Positions 61,801 through 64,000 of a stretch of 64,000 nt of DNA are shown piece by piece; position 1 is the stretch's first letter; every line of letters starts with the position of its first letter. This DNA comes from Nemertoderma westbladi. Its lineage: Eukaryota > Animalia > Xenacoelomorpha. The position numbers and the translations under genes were made by a program. Below the pieces are notes generated by a model. That model had not been told where the DNA came from and searched no databases. It was given only the letters and a program-made list of their open reading frames with translations. Where the stretch lies: contig JAUCBJ010004415.1 in NCBI GenBank assembly GCA_032718475.1, positions 1 to 64,000 of the forward strand. Reading direction: 5' to 3'.

Positions 61801-64000
61801 CCTGGTAGGCCACGTAGTTAGTAGGCCGGAAGTGGCGGGCCTGGTAGGCCACACAGCAGCAGAGGGAGAGGCGGGGGTGAATAGACCCAGCCGCAGTAGG
61901 GTTAGTGTGTCGACTAGAGAGGGGTGTAGAAGTGAAGTGAGAGATAGTGAAGTAATAGGTGGCGAGTGGGGGGGGGGGGGGAGGGCTACAGGAGCCCCAC
62001 AACGAGAGATTAGCGGCGAGAGGGGGGGGGGGGGGGGGGCAAAGAGTGTCCCACAAGCGTCGGCGGATAGTGCGCGGGGCAAATTAGGTGAACCGCGGCA
62101 CCCGGCGATGGAGAATAGTAGGGGGATTATGAGTATCCCCAGCGGCGTGCGATCGAGCAGAGAGAGACAGGTTGACGTCGCGAGAGGGTGAGCAACAAGA
62201 CGTCGAGCCCAATCAGAAGAGGGAAGAAGAACAGTGGAGTTTAACCGGGAGGTCGACGAGAGATCTCACGACCGGGGATACTGCACTACAGAGAGAAGAA
62301 GGGAAGAGAGTAGAAGAAGTGTCGTCGCGAACGACAGGAGAGTGAGGACGGATAGCGAGCCGTCGGTAGTAGAGATGGAAACGGAGAGTCAGCCGGGGTC
62401 GAACTTCGGGAGATTGCCATCATCCCGGGGAAATGCGACCTGATGAGGCGTACTACGCTTCGAGAGAGGGGTACGGGATGTACCGGTACGAGGACGAGAG
62501 CAGTAGAGGGGGTCGAAGAGAAACTTCCCGACGGGATCTACCTAGCAATCGAGAGTACGGTAGCTGCGGGAAGGATTATTCGAGAAGATTAAACTTCGAT
62601 CCCGAGCGACAGATACAGACTGCAGGACATACTGTAGGCCTTACTGCACATACCATAGGCCATACTGGGAGAGATAATGTAGGCGATAGGATAGCGCGGA
62701 CGACGGGATTAAACCGGAAGTCGCGGAGTACATACCGGCAGGTTGGCCAGAAGTGGATAGGCCTATACTGGTACCAGCACAGCAGTATGACTACAGCATG
62801 CAAGGACATAACATATATCCAGGGGAGGGAAGAATTATTGCAGATAGGTACATGGGCCCCAATATATTAACATCAACCCCAGTACCAAACATACCGGTGG
62901 GGGGGGGGGGGGGGGGGGCAGGGTGACATTCCCCCATTACAATATCAACAATATACTCGAACAGCAATGAGAACATCGAACCCCCTGGACGAGAACAGGT
63001 CGTGCGATACCGAAATATGGAGGGGGCCGTTACCCCCAATGATATATCCGACGCAACAGAGGAGAACAACAGATAGGATGAACGGACCACACCCAACAGG
63101 AGAGTCTGTACAGCATCCCTCGAACCCATTGGAAGCACAGGCAATGGGAATGGCGACACTAATCGATGCATTAAAGACCAGGATCGAGTAACCACCAGTC
63201 GAGCCATTTAAATTCGACGGAAGTAGGCCGGTAGAATACCTGCAATTTCGGCGCATGTACAGCAACGAGATATTAAGTAAGAACTTGACGCAGGCGGAGT
63301 GCCTAAAATATCTACAGGTGTATACAGGAGGGCCAGCATACGACATCGTGAGGCAGTACCAGGGCATCGAGGGTGGCTTCACGACAGCATGGCGGGCGCT
63401 AGACAGGGAATACGGACACCCAGCCAAGATCATCCGGCAAACCCTGAGAGGTATAACATCGGGTGGCCTACAGGACAACCCCGTTAGCATAAATACCTTT
63501 GCGAACACGGTCGAGAAGGCGTTAATCGTGTTAAAGACACTAGACGCACCATACGAACTCAACGCATCTAATAACATCACCACGATAGCGCAGGCACTGC
63601 CGATAATCCAGGATTCGAATGTCAATTACATCGGGACGGAACCCATAAGACCATGAGTTGTAAGCACTGGCAAGCGTTGCCCAAACAAGATCGTATAGCC
63701 TACACAGACGCAAACGGACTATGTCATCGATGTGTGGTAGAAGGACACAGATCCGGAGAGTGTAGAGAAACAGCAGCAAGAGAGGAAGAGACTGGTGGAC
63801 AAACAATGGCTACAAGCACGACAGGAGTAAGAAGGAAGAGAAAAGTACTACTCGGGGTAGTACCTGTTAAGATATCAGGAAAGGGCAGTCGATCAGTTAC
63901 AACATTAATGCTGGTCGACAGCAGAGCAGCCTTCACGCTGGTGGAGAATTGGGTGGCCGAAGAGATAGGGCTAAAGACGAGGCCGAATAAGATGGCGGTA
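61801..64000 (+). pseudogene. Element C gag C-terminal part and protease (frameshifted)
   Basis: Sequence resumes the GGCCTGGTAGGCCACGTAG repeat left at 44495. Fragmented ORFs carry BEL capsid and aspartic protease motifs. Confidence 0.8.

Larger units (their letters stand above)
25902..64000 (+). mobile_element. BEL/Pao LTR retrotransposon C (host of nested D and E), running past the window end
   Basis: 5' LTR TGTTAG..CGTCACA split by D (25902-26051 plus 42120-42531, 562 bp). gag starts at 42632, is split by E at 44556/61801, and shows a BEL capsid-like region (FKFDGS..YLQVYTGGPA..LDREYG) and a protease (VVPVKISG..MLVDSRAAFTLV) near 63850-64000. Confidence 0.88.

Overview
Repeat-rich eukaryotic nuclear DNA, most likely from an invertebrate animal. 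Left part (1-25.9 kb): a Helitron-like satellite end, then a local duplication (copy A ~1724-10718, copy B ~15171-25901). Each copy carries an intronless KLHL20/diablo-like BTB-BACK-Kelch gene (open ORF in A, nonsense mutation in B), CRE-type non-LTR fragments and minisatellites. A Penelope GIY-YIG fragment and a piggyBac-like MITE lie between the copies. Right part (25.9-64 kb): a nest of three BEL/Pao LTR retrotransposons. Element C (+, from 25902 past the window end) is interrupted by element D (-, 26052-42114, lacks RT, TA..TA ends) and element E (-, 44557-61795). Main result: D and E each carry a ~1.2 kb group I self-splicing intron at unrelated sites, inside the RT gene in E and in the 3' UTR in D. 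Both show a full P1/P3/P4/P6/P7/P8 core, compensatory changes between the two copies, and an internal guide sequence matched to each host exon. All three LTR elements also lack a tRNA primer-binding site and have an exact complement of the PBS position inside their own LTR, suggesting self-priming. D and E share an accessory zinc-knuckle ORF in the env position. All structures were read by eye and no searches were run.
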